Source: Lama guanicoe (Eukaryota). From it: a DNA stretch of 64,000 bases. Every line of letters begins with the position of its first letter. Position 1 is the stretch's first letter. The notes beneath the pieces were generated by a model, which ran no database searches, was not told the origin of the DNA, and saw only the letters and a list, made by a program, of their open reading frames with translations. This document shows positions 37,301 through 48,300 of this stretch, piece by piece. The translations under genes were made by a program, and so were the position numbers. The stretch covers positions 2,916,001 through 2,980,000 of the forward strand of contig MU053652.1 in the NCBI GenBank assembly GCA_013239625.1, read 5' to 3'.

Positions 37301-39518
37301 AAGGGAAGCAGGATAAAGGCATGCAGAGTCCCAGATTACCGGGTGTCGCTCTTGGGCTTGGGCTCGGTGGAGCTCAGGAAAGAACTGAGCTAATAAGCTG
37401 GAGGACCCAAGAGGGCAGGCGCCACCTGTCCGTGCGGATGGAGAGAAGCCTGGTCACCTCGCTGAGCGGTGCTGGCCAGCCTCTCCCTTTGCTGCCCTCC
37501 TGCCAAGTCCGTCGTCTCTGAGCGTGCCTCAACCATGGCAGAGTCCCAGATTCTTTACCCTAGCACCCCAGACTCCACGGCATGACCCACCCACCGAGAT
37601 TGCACACTCTTTCTGTTATGTGCCCTAAGCCCCATCCAGGCTCCAGGACTGTAGAATTACTTGCTGATGGACTTAATTATTCAACATGCTATGTGGCAAA
37701 AGCACATCCTAAAATGTTCTTTAAGATGCGTGTTAAATCAACTATACTGCAATTAAAAAAACAGAAAAAAAGATGTATGTTACTGGTTGCCTGTGGGCGT
37801 TAAGTCCCTGTGGAGAGGAGGCACTGCTCTGTGCCCTCAAGGAGGTGACAGTCCACCTGCAGAGAAGACAGAAGCACGCGGGCCACATCAGGGAATGGGA
37901 CAGCAGAAGTGAACGCATCACAAGGCAGCATGTGATGAATTGGCAAACGGATGGCTCAAGAACGTGGTGTTGATGGGACAAGATAATGTACGTCAAAGTG
38001 CCTTCCCCCCCAACACTGCCGATTCCAGCCAGCCTGCCGCCCACTGGCCTCTCACGCACAGGTCATAACTCTGTTGATCCACTTTGTACAACGTAGGTGC
38101 AGAGCCTTTCATACTGAGGCCCTGGCCCATCTCCCAGCCTTGTGTGCCCCCCATCCTTGGACCCAAAGCGGCAGAGACACTGACGGCCACGTGCTGTTTG
38201 GTTTCTGTAGAGCACACGTTCCCTGAACCTCTCTCCCTGCCCACCCCTTCCTTGTCCAGCCTTGTCCCTCCTTTAAAACTCTCCTCTTCCTTTAAAATCC
38301 ATCCAGTTTCTCAGGAAAGCCTGCTGACCCTGCAGGCCGAGCCTCTTTCATGCGATGAAGGGCAATGCTCACGCGCTTCTCTCTGAGCACCTGACGTGGA
38401 GCACATGTCCCTTAAGCATTTATAGTTGACGGAAAGGACTTACCACATTAAAGGGGCCAGTAAACATCAGTTGACTTAACACAGTCAAGACATAAGTGCT
38501 GTGAGGGCTGCAGAGGGTGACCTGCCCAAGGGGTCCCGGAAGGCCCCTCAGAGCAAAAAGGGGATGTTAAAGGGAACTTTAAAGGTTTTATACATTTAAA
38601 AGGGGCAAAGAACGAGAAGGATCCCAGTTGGGGGAGCTCAGTGTCTGTAGCTGCTGGCAACCAACGAGTCTTTTAAGACAGAAGCAGACCAGAGGGATGG
38701 AGCCCTGTGGAACACGGCAGTGGCGCAGCTTACTTTAGGGGGAGCAGCGAGTTTACCTAAAGGAAGGAGAGGGAACGCCCTGGAGGTGAGATGGACTTAG
38801 GATGGGGAAGGCGTCAAGTGCCCAGGGTGCCTTGCAGGCTGTGGGTGCCATTTATTACTTCTGAAAACCATGGTGACTTGATCAGAGTGGTGTGGGAAGT
38901 GGGAGCTGTCCTGTGGCTCTGCCTTCATTTGACACCACAGCCCTGAGCCCAGGTGATGGCCAAGATGTTAAGGACCCAGATGTGAACCCCCTCTGCTGTG
39001 CCGCGCCTCCCCTCAAAGGGCCAGACCTTCCGTGAACAGAGGCTTTCCTTCCAGCAGTGCCCTTGACCCGGCTCTGGGCTGTTGATTCTCTGGGTCCATT
39101 CAGCTCTGTCCTGTCCCTCTATCCTCGTGACTGGCAGTGACCCGGAAGGTGGCAGCACCCCCGCAGCAGGTGGCCTGCAGAGCTGAGTCACCGCCCTGGG
39201 AACGGTGCCCTGTGAGGCCGTCTCAGGCAACCCGGGAGCTCTCTGCCGTCCGGCTCGGCCGGGCCACCAGGGCGCCCGAGAGCCAACGAGAAATGGGTTC
39301 TTCATGTACCCAGAGTGTTGCCGACATGTTGAGAACGTGAAATAAAGGCAGTTGAAGACCAAAAAGGAGACTGTCCTAATGCTGGTTTCTAGCTGGTGTC
39401 TTTAGCAAAGTAGTAGAGTTTTTCTTAATTATACTTATGGGCCATGGTGGTTTTAGCTGAACATAACAAAAAATTACACATTTGCAGATGTCTTTAAAAA
39501 AGGAATGAAGAGGATTTT

Positions 39519-39716
39519 ATTTTATTTGTTTTTTTTTAACTGTTTTTTAAAATATTTTATTTATTTATTTTTGTGGGTTTTTTTAAAATTTTGTTTTGGG
39601 GGAGGTAATTAGGTTTATTTATTTATTCATTTATTTTTAATGGAGGTACTGAGGATTGAACCCAGGACCTCGTGCATACTAAGCATGCACTTTTACAGCA
39701 GAGCTACATCCTCCCC
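39519..39716 (-). mobile_element. tRNA-derived SINE, Vic-1 (camelid) type, with 11-bp TSD
   Basis: Minus strand GGGGAGGATGTAGCTC...GAGGTCCTGGGTTCAATCCTCAGTACCTCC (B-box GGTTCAATCC), then AATAAA-rich and CCTAATTACCTCCCCC tail. TSD AAGAGGATTTT at 39508-39518 and 39717-39727. Confidence 0.9.
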
Positions 39717-40400
39717 AAGAGGATTTTTAAGTGATGTTTTAACATTCTGTTTGACCTCATGAATTAGGAAAGTTTAAGGAATAAAATGATGTGAAGAGAT
39801 ATCTAAGCTGTCAATATTCTCAAAAATGATTAAACAAGATTTAGGGTGTTTTTTTTTTAAGCTTTTAAAATTATTCGCAGATAATTTGGTGGGTGTTGTT
39901 TTTTTTTTTTAAATGATCATGCTTGAATTTCATCCCAGAGAAGATAAAAATGTAGTGTTGCTTTTGAAAGGAGGATTGTATTTTTTTTCTTTTTTTCTTT
40001 TTTTTAATCTGGCTTATTTACTGCAGCAATGAATAGAGATGACTTCAGTCTAAAAAACAAGTTAACCATGATCTCCCTCCTTGCCTGGCAAAATAAGCCT
40101 TTATCAAGTAGCAAAAGAAGCAGCGCAGGTCTGACCACCAAGGCATCGTTTCAGCGGATTAGGATTTTTCCAAAAGGCAAAACAGAAAGCTCCCTACATT
40201 TTCACAAGTGAACAGTAACTCTTAGGAAATACTCCCAGCTTACTCAGTTCCTATGAGGCCATAAAAAGTCTGGTGACAATTAATCAGACAGTTGCCTGAA
40301 TACAGATGCCACATGCAGTGAGCTGTGTTGACACCACTTTCAGAATCGGAGAAAATAGAATCACATCTCTTTCTTTTTGAGTGTGGATATTTTTTAACTT

Positions 40401-40440
40401 AAAAAAAAAAAGCTTAATTTTTTTTTTTTTTTTTTTTTTT
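40401..40440. repeat. A11-GCTTAA-T23 homopolymer pair
   Basis: Read directly. Confidence 0.9.
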
Positions 40441-41039
40441 AATTTCACATCATGTGCCCAGTTATTCTCTACAGCTGAAGTGTCCCTGAAGGCAAAACCC
40501 CAGTCATCCTTTTGAGCAAACTGTCCTGGCCGCTGGCTGTACCTGCGTGCTCTGTGACCGCATGGGGCAGTTTTCAGCAAGTCTGTGGATTTCCACCGCT
40601 TGCTTGCCAAAAATGCTGTGAACTGTGACTTGGAAGTTGGGTTTTCTCTGTTTCTTTGTTTGTTTACCTTCTCTGAGGCACACAAAAAAAATATGGACGG
40701 TTAAAAGTGTTCCCAGTCTTTCTAAGGCAGGAAGAACTGAGGCACATTCTGCTTCTAGAAACCAGAACCGCACCCTGATTCCTACAGCCTGGATAATTTC
40801 AGGTCAATAAAGGCCAAATCGAAATGCATTTGGAAGGTCGAGGTCAGTTGATTCTAGAATCCATTCCAGTCGAAAGAATCTCTAGACTCACTGTTTTCGG
40901 GCATGTGGTTTGGGGAAAGAGGATTTTAAAAAAAGAGGGTAGCTTTATTGTCTATTTTTTGACCTACGTGGGGAGAGAGAACTGACCTGCTTTGGGGAAG
41001 AGGTTGCCAAACCACCCCACCCCAGTGACCATACATGAA

Positions 41040-42423
41040 GATGAATGAGCATCCAGCCCCGAATGCAGCCTCCTCGCGGTAAGGAAGCTGGTAAAGGGCC
41101 CCGCGTGACAGCCTGGAAGCCCCGAGTGCCGGGGGCTCTTGAGACGCACTCAGACCCTGAGGAGTTAAAAAGGCAGAGACAGCCCGTCAGCGAGCGCCCG
41201 CCTGGGCACGGATTTGTTTATCCTGCCCTTCTGAAGTCAGAGCCAACATTCTTCATGGTTTTGAATGATTCAGAATGCTTCTCTCTTGGCAGGGCCGCTT
41301 TCCACACACGGGCTTACGACTAAAGCCCCTTCAGGGCCGGGCAGAGCGGAGACCGGCCTCACACTTCGTGGCGCGTCGCAGAACTGGCTTAGTTTAGAGC
41401 AGAAGGGAGGCTGTCGCACAGCGTGCTCGTGCCTGAGGTGAAGAGACTGGACACGGGGCCTTGGTGGGCCGGAGGCCCGGGAGCCGGAGGGAGAGGCCGG
41501 CGGGAGCCCGGCCGCCCTCCTCTGACCACACAGCTCCTGTCCAGGCCTTGGGAGGAGGCTCCCGCTGCCCTCAGAGGAACGCTTGGAAGATGACTTAGGT
41601 CAGAAAGGAGAACCTCATTTTTACAAAATGAAACGAATCAGTTATTTTTTTTGTCACAGGCAGCTTTTCCCAAAATCTCCTTTGTCAGTGTGGTGAATTT
41701 ATTAGCTCCTGGGCTTCCAGAAGGAAGAATAACATTTCTGTCTGTGTGCCAGGTGGGAGACTTGGTATACCCTCTGCGCTCTCTCCCTTCTTCTTTTTCT
41801 TTTTTTGGATGAAAATTAGCTTACTTCACGCTAGTTCTCCATAAAACAAACGTTGACTCCTTCCCACAGGAGACGGAGTTGAGCAATGTTCTGAGAACAC
41901 ACTGTGCTCCTTGGGGCACTGAGTGAATACGATGTTTAGAAGATGCTCTGGAAGCTTGCGAGTGCCTCTTGGGACTAGAGTGAAGGCGGGGCGGGGGACG
42001 GGCAGAGAAGCCTGGCGGCTGGAGGAGCAGTGACTCACCCCTTCCTGCCTGGCCGAGGATTCCAGGCCATGAGAAGCCACGGGAAGGGGCTCTGCTCCCT
42101 GTGAGCCACGGCGTGAAGCAGTGACCCCTGCTGGATGCCCGCGCCACCGTCTCATGAAAACAGTAGAAAAGGATATGCCAGGTTCCTGGTTCTCCACCAG
42201 CGGCTTCCCCAAGCCCCCAGGAGGACCGTGTTGCCTGTATCTATATAAGGACAGCACCCTGAACCAAGAGATGGAGTCGTTTACCTGAGGAGGAAGGTTC
42301 CAGTCCACAAGGCTCCCCAGGGGCAGGAGCTACAGGGTCTTTCTGGGTGGCTGGAGGGCACCCTGTAGTATTGCTTTGCATGATCTTTGTATAACTAAAG
42401 CTGTCACAGGTGCCAAGGTAAGC
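41040..42423 (+). promoter_or_regulatory. CpG-enriched segment followed by candidate TATA promoter and short first exon
   Basis: Visibly CpG-dense at 41040-41530. GC box GGGGCGGGG 41988-41996, AP-1 TGACTCA 42031-42037, TATATAAG 42242-42249, donor AAG|GTAAGC 42417|42418. Confidence 0.4.
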
Positions 42424-43611
42424 ATCTCTGACACCATCTTTTCACGGGAGGAACTGTCCCCGAGTCCGAGCAGCAGTGAATGCCATTCCCAGTCCTCCCA
42501 GCCCAGGGAGACAGTGCAGGAGGGGAATCAGCTTGTGTTTAGCTTCCAGCAATGATTTGAGGGCTAGATAACAATGTTTCCCTCCCCATCCCCCATGTCG
42601 TCTTCATTTTCAAGATAGGCAGTTTATTTTAAAAAGAACCAGAAAGGGGAAGCATGTCCCGGGCATCGCGCCCCAGGGCTGGGCCCTCTCTGGGCTGCAC
42701 AGGAGGGAGCCCCCAGGAGAGGCCAGGGAGGTGGTAGAACTTAATGTCCACCTCAGATTTTTTACAGTTTTGGCTTTGTCATGGTTGTATGCACTTAAAA
42801 AATTACAATCCAGCCAATGTTACAAATTTAAGCCATGAGTTAAAATTTTCCTAGCAGAAAGTTACACGGTGAGCTGGAGAAACAGAATAGAAATCCACGG
42901 GTGGTTCTCTTCAAGGTTTTATATTCGCGTTGGACTCGAAGGCCCCTCACCCACCATGTGAGGCGAAGGCACTGGGGTGGAGGGTGTGGAGCTGCCCTGG
43001 TCCCTGCCATCAGAGGGTCCTTCCTGTGTTCCCCCAGCTGATGGATCCCATATCCCGGGACACGGGAGCCCTGGCTTCTAAAGGAGTTGGGGTCTGGGAA
43101 CTGGGCTCAAGTTGAGCAGAAGGGCATTTTACAGGATGTCAGTTAATCTGTTCTCCGTGTCTCCAGCCAGAACCGCATTCCAGACAAATGGGTATCTGTA
43201 GCCGCTGATCAAGGCATCCTGAGAAAGGGGCTCTCAGCCTCTCTGGGGAACCCAGCAGGAAACAACCACCCCCATTTTTTCTTGCTCACACCTCTGTGGA
43301 CGTGGAGCCGCAGAGGCCCTGAGAGAGCTTATTATCCTGACCCCAGAGTCTGGTCCCTCAGCTGCGGGCCTCACAGCGCCTAGAGCTTCCCCTGTCCTGG
43401 TACCCATCCCTTCGTCAAAATAACTGTCCACTCGTCTGTACCCGCTGCTGGCCTGCCCAGCCCGTGAGGACCAGTGCCCTGTCTAGTTCACTTGGTGTCT
43501 CCAGCATAGTGCTTCCCGCGTAGTAAGTCTTAGCAAACAACAGTTTCTTCTGATCTTCACAAATTTCGTATGTTTTCTCATCTTCTGCCATCCTGGATCT
43601 CAGTTAACTTT

Positions 43612-43614
<3 letters not shown>

Positions 43615-43644
<30 letters not shown>
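43615..43644. repeat. (TG)15 microsatellite
   Basis: Read directly. Confidence 0.95.
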
Positions 43645-43646
<2 letters not shown>

Positions 43647-44569
43647 CACATGTGTGCGTGGAGTAGAGGAAGACAGACATGAGCTCACTTGCTCACACAC
43701 ACACCCGCTGTGTTGTCTCACATCCCTTGCAGTCTAATTTTCCAAAGCTTCCAGATGCAGGCCTTCCCCTGTTCTCACTGATTTTATCTCGCTGCTGCTT
43801 TTAACATGATGTTGGCATCCCCTCCCTGAAGCCCTCCCGTTTTGCCTCCTGCCCAGGCCACCCCTCTGGAGCCCAGCCCAGGTCCCCTTCCTCTCCGTTC
43901 CACAGTTGGATCGTAAGGTCATGTGCCAGGGCGTCGATGTCACCTACTTACGTGTTTTTCTAGTCGTGTCTGGCCCAGGACCAGGCTCTTAGGAGGCAAT
44001 CGGTGAACCCCTGCTGACTGATTTTTAACGGCTCTGTCTTTATCAGTGGTGCTGAGGAATGACGCGCGGCCCTGCCGCAGTGCTGTTGGTCATCCCCTCC
44101 ACGGGAGGTGTGCCTGTCCCAGCGTGCAGCCCCCGCCGCACCCCAGCCCCGACACCTGCTGTTTTCCTGAGGAGCCCTTGTTACGGGCCGTCATTATCTG
44201 TTTGTTTACTGACACTGGACTTAACTGCCTTGTTCAGTCTCGTGTCCTCTGAGCCGCATTCCGCTCCTGGTACGTCGTAAATGTGGTGAATTCGTGGTGC
44301 ATGAACAGATGATTGGACATGGTTGAAATGTTCTCAACCCAGTTTCAAATTGTATTTCTTTCCCTGGACTCTGGACTCCTGGTGGTGACGTCCCTTGGCT
44401 CATAGGCTTTCCCTCCAGAGAAGCCCCCAGACCCACAGCTGCCACGTGCTGGTGCCCAGTACTACTTCAGTCTTTCACACTAGTTTTAGCACGTTGATTG
44501 TGATGCCTACAGAAATTTTGTTATCTAGAATGTTCGGTGAGCCACCCCCTCACAGGGAAACGTGGAAGT

Positions 44570-44780
44570 GGTTGACATGTACTGAAGGTCTGTGTGCCAT
44601 GTGTCTTACTGGAATTAGTTATGTGTTCTCAGCTCTGAGAGTTAACATTTCTACTTCCACTTGATAAAGGAAGAAACTAAAGCTCAAAAAGGGTTAAGTG
44701 GCTTGTCCAAGCCGTGCAACAAGTTACAAGAGGGAAAATCTGAATCCTGGTCTTCCTGGTCTCAAAGCTTCTACTGCTTG
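44570..44780 (-). mobile_element. MIR SINE
   Basis: GAAGAAACTAAAGCTCAAAAAGGGTTAAGTGGCTTGTCCAAG. Confidence 0.65.
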
Positions 44781-47444
44781 TCTGTCTGTTCCCAGTCTAA
44801 ACGGGCCATTAACGGGAGGGTGCCTGAAAGCACTTGACGTTTAAAGGGCAGCACAGAGTACTTAACTCAGATAAGCTAATGCTCATGAGGGAAGGCAGAG
44901 ATAAAGAAAAGAGATCTTGTTGTAGATTGATTCTGAGCAGAGATTGACAGAGGTCAGCTTCTGAGACCTTGGTTCAAGAGGATGACCACTGAGCACCTAA
45001 GAAGACCGCCTTTGGGGGCCCCTGTGACGGAGGGCTGCCAGTGGAGAGCATAAGTGGACCCCGACCCCTTCCTGAGAAAGCGGCCAGAAGCCCACTCGTG
45101 AAGCCTGCTCACTGGCTGTCCCTCTCCTCTTTGGTGATGGGCTGGGTACCAGCCTCAGCCTGTACTTTGGTTAGAACCACTGCAGAAGGCACAGATTTCC
45201 AGTGCTTGTGGAAGGGAGAGGGAGGGCAGGGATGTTAGTGGGAAGCTGAAAATGCATCTGTCAAACCTACATCGTCATGGTTGAGAAACCCTGTCACCAA
45301 CTCACAGTTTTCCTGCCCCAACCTGCTTGTACCCTGGTCTTCCCACCCACTGAGTATGCCCGCACGGCTAAGTCTTAGGAGGCTGTGGGCGCAGGGGTCA
45401 CAGAGCACTCCCGAGGTCCTTGGAGAAGTGACAGCATGGATGGAGGAAGCATGCTGCAGGATTAGGTTTTGTCGCGTGCTTTCACAGGAAACGGTTCACT
45501 GAAGGAGGACTTCTAGCAGCTTAAACAAACTATTCCAAATACTGTTTCCAAATACTGAAAAGCTCCCAGGAGACAGCAGACTGGCATCCCCCACAGCCTG
45601 ATGCAGGTCTCAGATACTGTTAGAAGGGGAAAGGGCTCCTCTCTGACCTTCACTTCTATGATCAGACAGTTTTGGAAACATGCTGTCATTTCACAACAGT
45701 GTTTAAACAGCCCATAACCGTGTTTGACTTAGTGGCTGCAGAGGCTTGAATCTTGTGTTTACCTTGATAGACCTTCCTTCCCACGTACACTTCTCTGCTT
45801 GAATTGTTTAGATTTGTTTTCCTGTTGTTAAGACAGTATTGGATACACCTACTGCTTTTCTCAACCAGTTCTCTTGCTGGCTAAGATCCTCTTGAATTCC
45901 AGCACCAACTCTCAAGAGCCTTTGTAACATGTTATGTCCCTGTTTGACAGCGTCTTGAAGAACCTGAGCAGAGTCACTGCACGTGTTCGGTTGCACGTGG
46001 GCTTAGAGGTCACACCGTGAACTACACTTGGTTTTCTTCCCGGTGGGTTCTGATGCAGCTGCTCATGAGCACGGCCCACTCTGGCCTGGGCTGTGTTTAA
46101 GTTCCTTTTCCAAGGGGGTGTGATCGTTAGCTTAGAGGTTTCAGTAAGCGGTCACTGGACAGGACAGCCTTCCCCGCGTCACACTCCTCAGTCGCTCCGT
46201 CTCTCGCTGGGTGAACTGTACGTGTTCGAGGGTCAGGCCTCCCAGGAGCCGGGCAGGTGCCGTGTGTGGATGGCTCCAGCGTCATTTCCCTTGAACGGCC
46301 AGTTTTCAGGAACAAAGACCTCTACGACCTGGGCTTCCGCTCCCATGATGTGGTGTAAGGTGCGTTCCGGCTCTAAAGTTAGACCACATAGGGGAGAGTG
46401 TCACGGGCTCCGGTTCCAGGTAGCCCCGGGTCTGATTCAGAAGCAGCAAGGGAAGGTTGCACTTGCAGACCAGTGCTGCCCTCTGCTGGCCCGCTGCCGC
46501 AGCGGGAGGCTCCAGAACCAACTTTGAAAAAAACCTCCTCACATCTTATGTGCAGGCTGCTTTCATGCCTGTCTTCCGTGATTGGAGGTATAAGGTCAAG
46601 ACCATGTTTTATTTCGTAAGACACCTTGCTGGGCAAGCCTTGATGAGCTGCCAAATGCACGGCCTGGTGTCGGTGGACAGTTTCCTTAGCAGCAGTCACA
46701 CCAGTGACAGAACTTTCCCAACCTGCATGTCTTAAGCAGGAAAGAGAAAGTGCTTTTTATTTCTCCTTTTAAAAAATTCATCTCTCTCACACTGGGTGGG
46801 GTGACAGGAGAAAACAACTGACTTGGCTTCCTCTGTTGCTCTGGGATATTTCCTGAGGGTTTACTCACTGTCATTTAAATTCCAGGTGCTGATCTTCTGC
46901 ACAGATGCCCCCCGAGGATTGTCTGGCCCTGGAGAATACCTGTCAGCAGGTTGCTTTGACACCCTATGTAAGTAGAGGCTTGTGCTCGGAAATCAGTCTC
47001 AAGGGAGCTTCGTTTTATTTTGTTCCTGGATGATTCCTCAGTAAACTTTGTAAAATTGGTCATCTGTGTCTGATCTCTATTCCTTTCCTCTTAAACACTC
47101 ACCTTCCGATTAACAATCAGAAAAGGTCTCTGCACCATGAGCTCCTGCTGAAAAGCAAGGGTGTGTGGATCCCATATTGGGGTCTCAGACTGGGAAGAGG
47201 AGAGGAAGGCAGGAACCAGTGAAGCTCCTCACTGCAGTTAATTCAGTTGGAGACGCCGTTTGTCGATCCGAGGGCATCTCTTCAGGGTTTAGTAGCCGTC
47301 GGGCTCCGCTGGGGTTGGCGGCGGCGGAGGGTGAGGGTACCGCGTCCAGCGCAAGGTGTGAACGCAGGGTAGGAGCCGTGGCAGGCCTCTCAGCCACGTC
47401 TCTGTTGTAACATGCTGGAGGAAAGCCCATCTATTATTTCTGTC

Positions 47445-47690
47445 ATCGTAACCGTCGTTTACTGAATGCGTGCATGTGCTGTGTCTAGTTCTACTTGCTT
47501 TTTCTTACGTGTCTTATTTAATTCTCCCAGTGACCTTCTGCAGTAGGTGCTGTCATTGCCCTGATTTCCCAGATGAGGAGCCCGAGGCACAGAGTCAAGT
47601 AACTTCCCTCAGGTGGTGCGGGGAGCAAGTTCCAGAACTTGACCGTCTGGCTCCAGAAGTCTGCAGTGGACAGTCTCACTGAACTGCCTC
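47445..47690 (-). mobile_element. MIR SINE
   Basis: TCTTATTTAATTCTCCCAG...ATTTCCCAGATGAGGAGCCCGAGGCACAGAG...AAGTAACTTCCC. Confidence 0.75.
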
Positions 47691-48084
47691 TTAGAAACAG
47701 GAAGCTCGGGAAGATGAGCTGCTGAGCTCTATTTGGAGGCGGTGTTTTTAGCACTGTCATGATCACCTGCAGGGGCTGTTGCACTGGTCACTACGCTTTT
47801 TTGAGCTTCTATAAGATTAGTGGGGAGACCAGGCTTGAGAGAACATGTGACCTGCTTACGGTCACAGCGCAAGTCAGAGTGTGGCTGAAGGTCCAAGTTC
47901 CCTCCCTCCTCCTGGGGGCTTGTTAGGGACTCCTGCTGCTGATCAGGACCAGAGCTGGTTTTAAGGGTTTGCTCAACATGCTTCTTGATGAAACCCTGCA
48001 GCTCAGAGCCAGTTTTTGTGTTTGGAGTTCTATGTGAAGATTAGCCCTTCCAGTTTCCATAAAGCACCAAGCAGCAAAGAATGA

Positions 48085-48300
48085 TGACTAAGAGCCTGGA
48101 TGTGGAATTGAGCAAAACAGGGTTTGATCCTGCTCTTGTCATTCATAAGCTTTGTGACCAAGAGCGAGTTCCCATACCCTCTCTCAGTTTCTGCTCCTTC
48201 ATCTGAGAAACGGAGACAACGCCACCAGCCTTGTTAGGTGGTTGTGAACAAAGAGAAAATGCACACAGAGCATGTAGCACAGTGTCTGGCACTAAGTCTT
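48085..48300 (+). mobile_element. MIR SINE
   Basis: GGGTTTGATCCTGCTCT...TGTGACC...CTCAGTTTC...CATCTGAGAAACGGAGA...AGCACAGTGTCTGGCAC. Confidence 0.65.

Noticed and set aside
39640..39716. tRNA-like sequence on the minus strand
   Set aside because: It is the head of a SINE with A-rich tail and TSD, and its A-box region is degenerate.
42650..42670. p53 response element AAGCATGTCC-C-GGGCATCGCG
   Set aside because: Only one good half-site; the second lacks the invariant core G.
2409..44053. miR-29 seed matches TGGTGCT (2409, 2866, 44047) as an autoregulatory or decay-trigger system
   Set aside because: The number is within chance expectation, and I saw no extended 3' complementarity.
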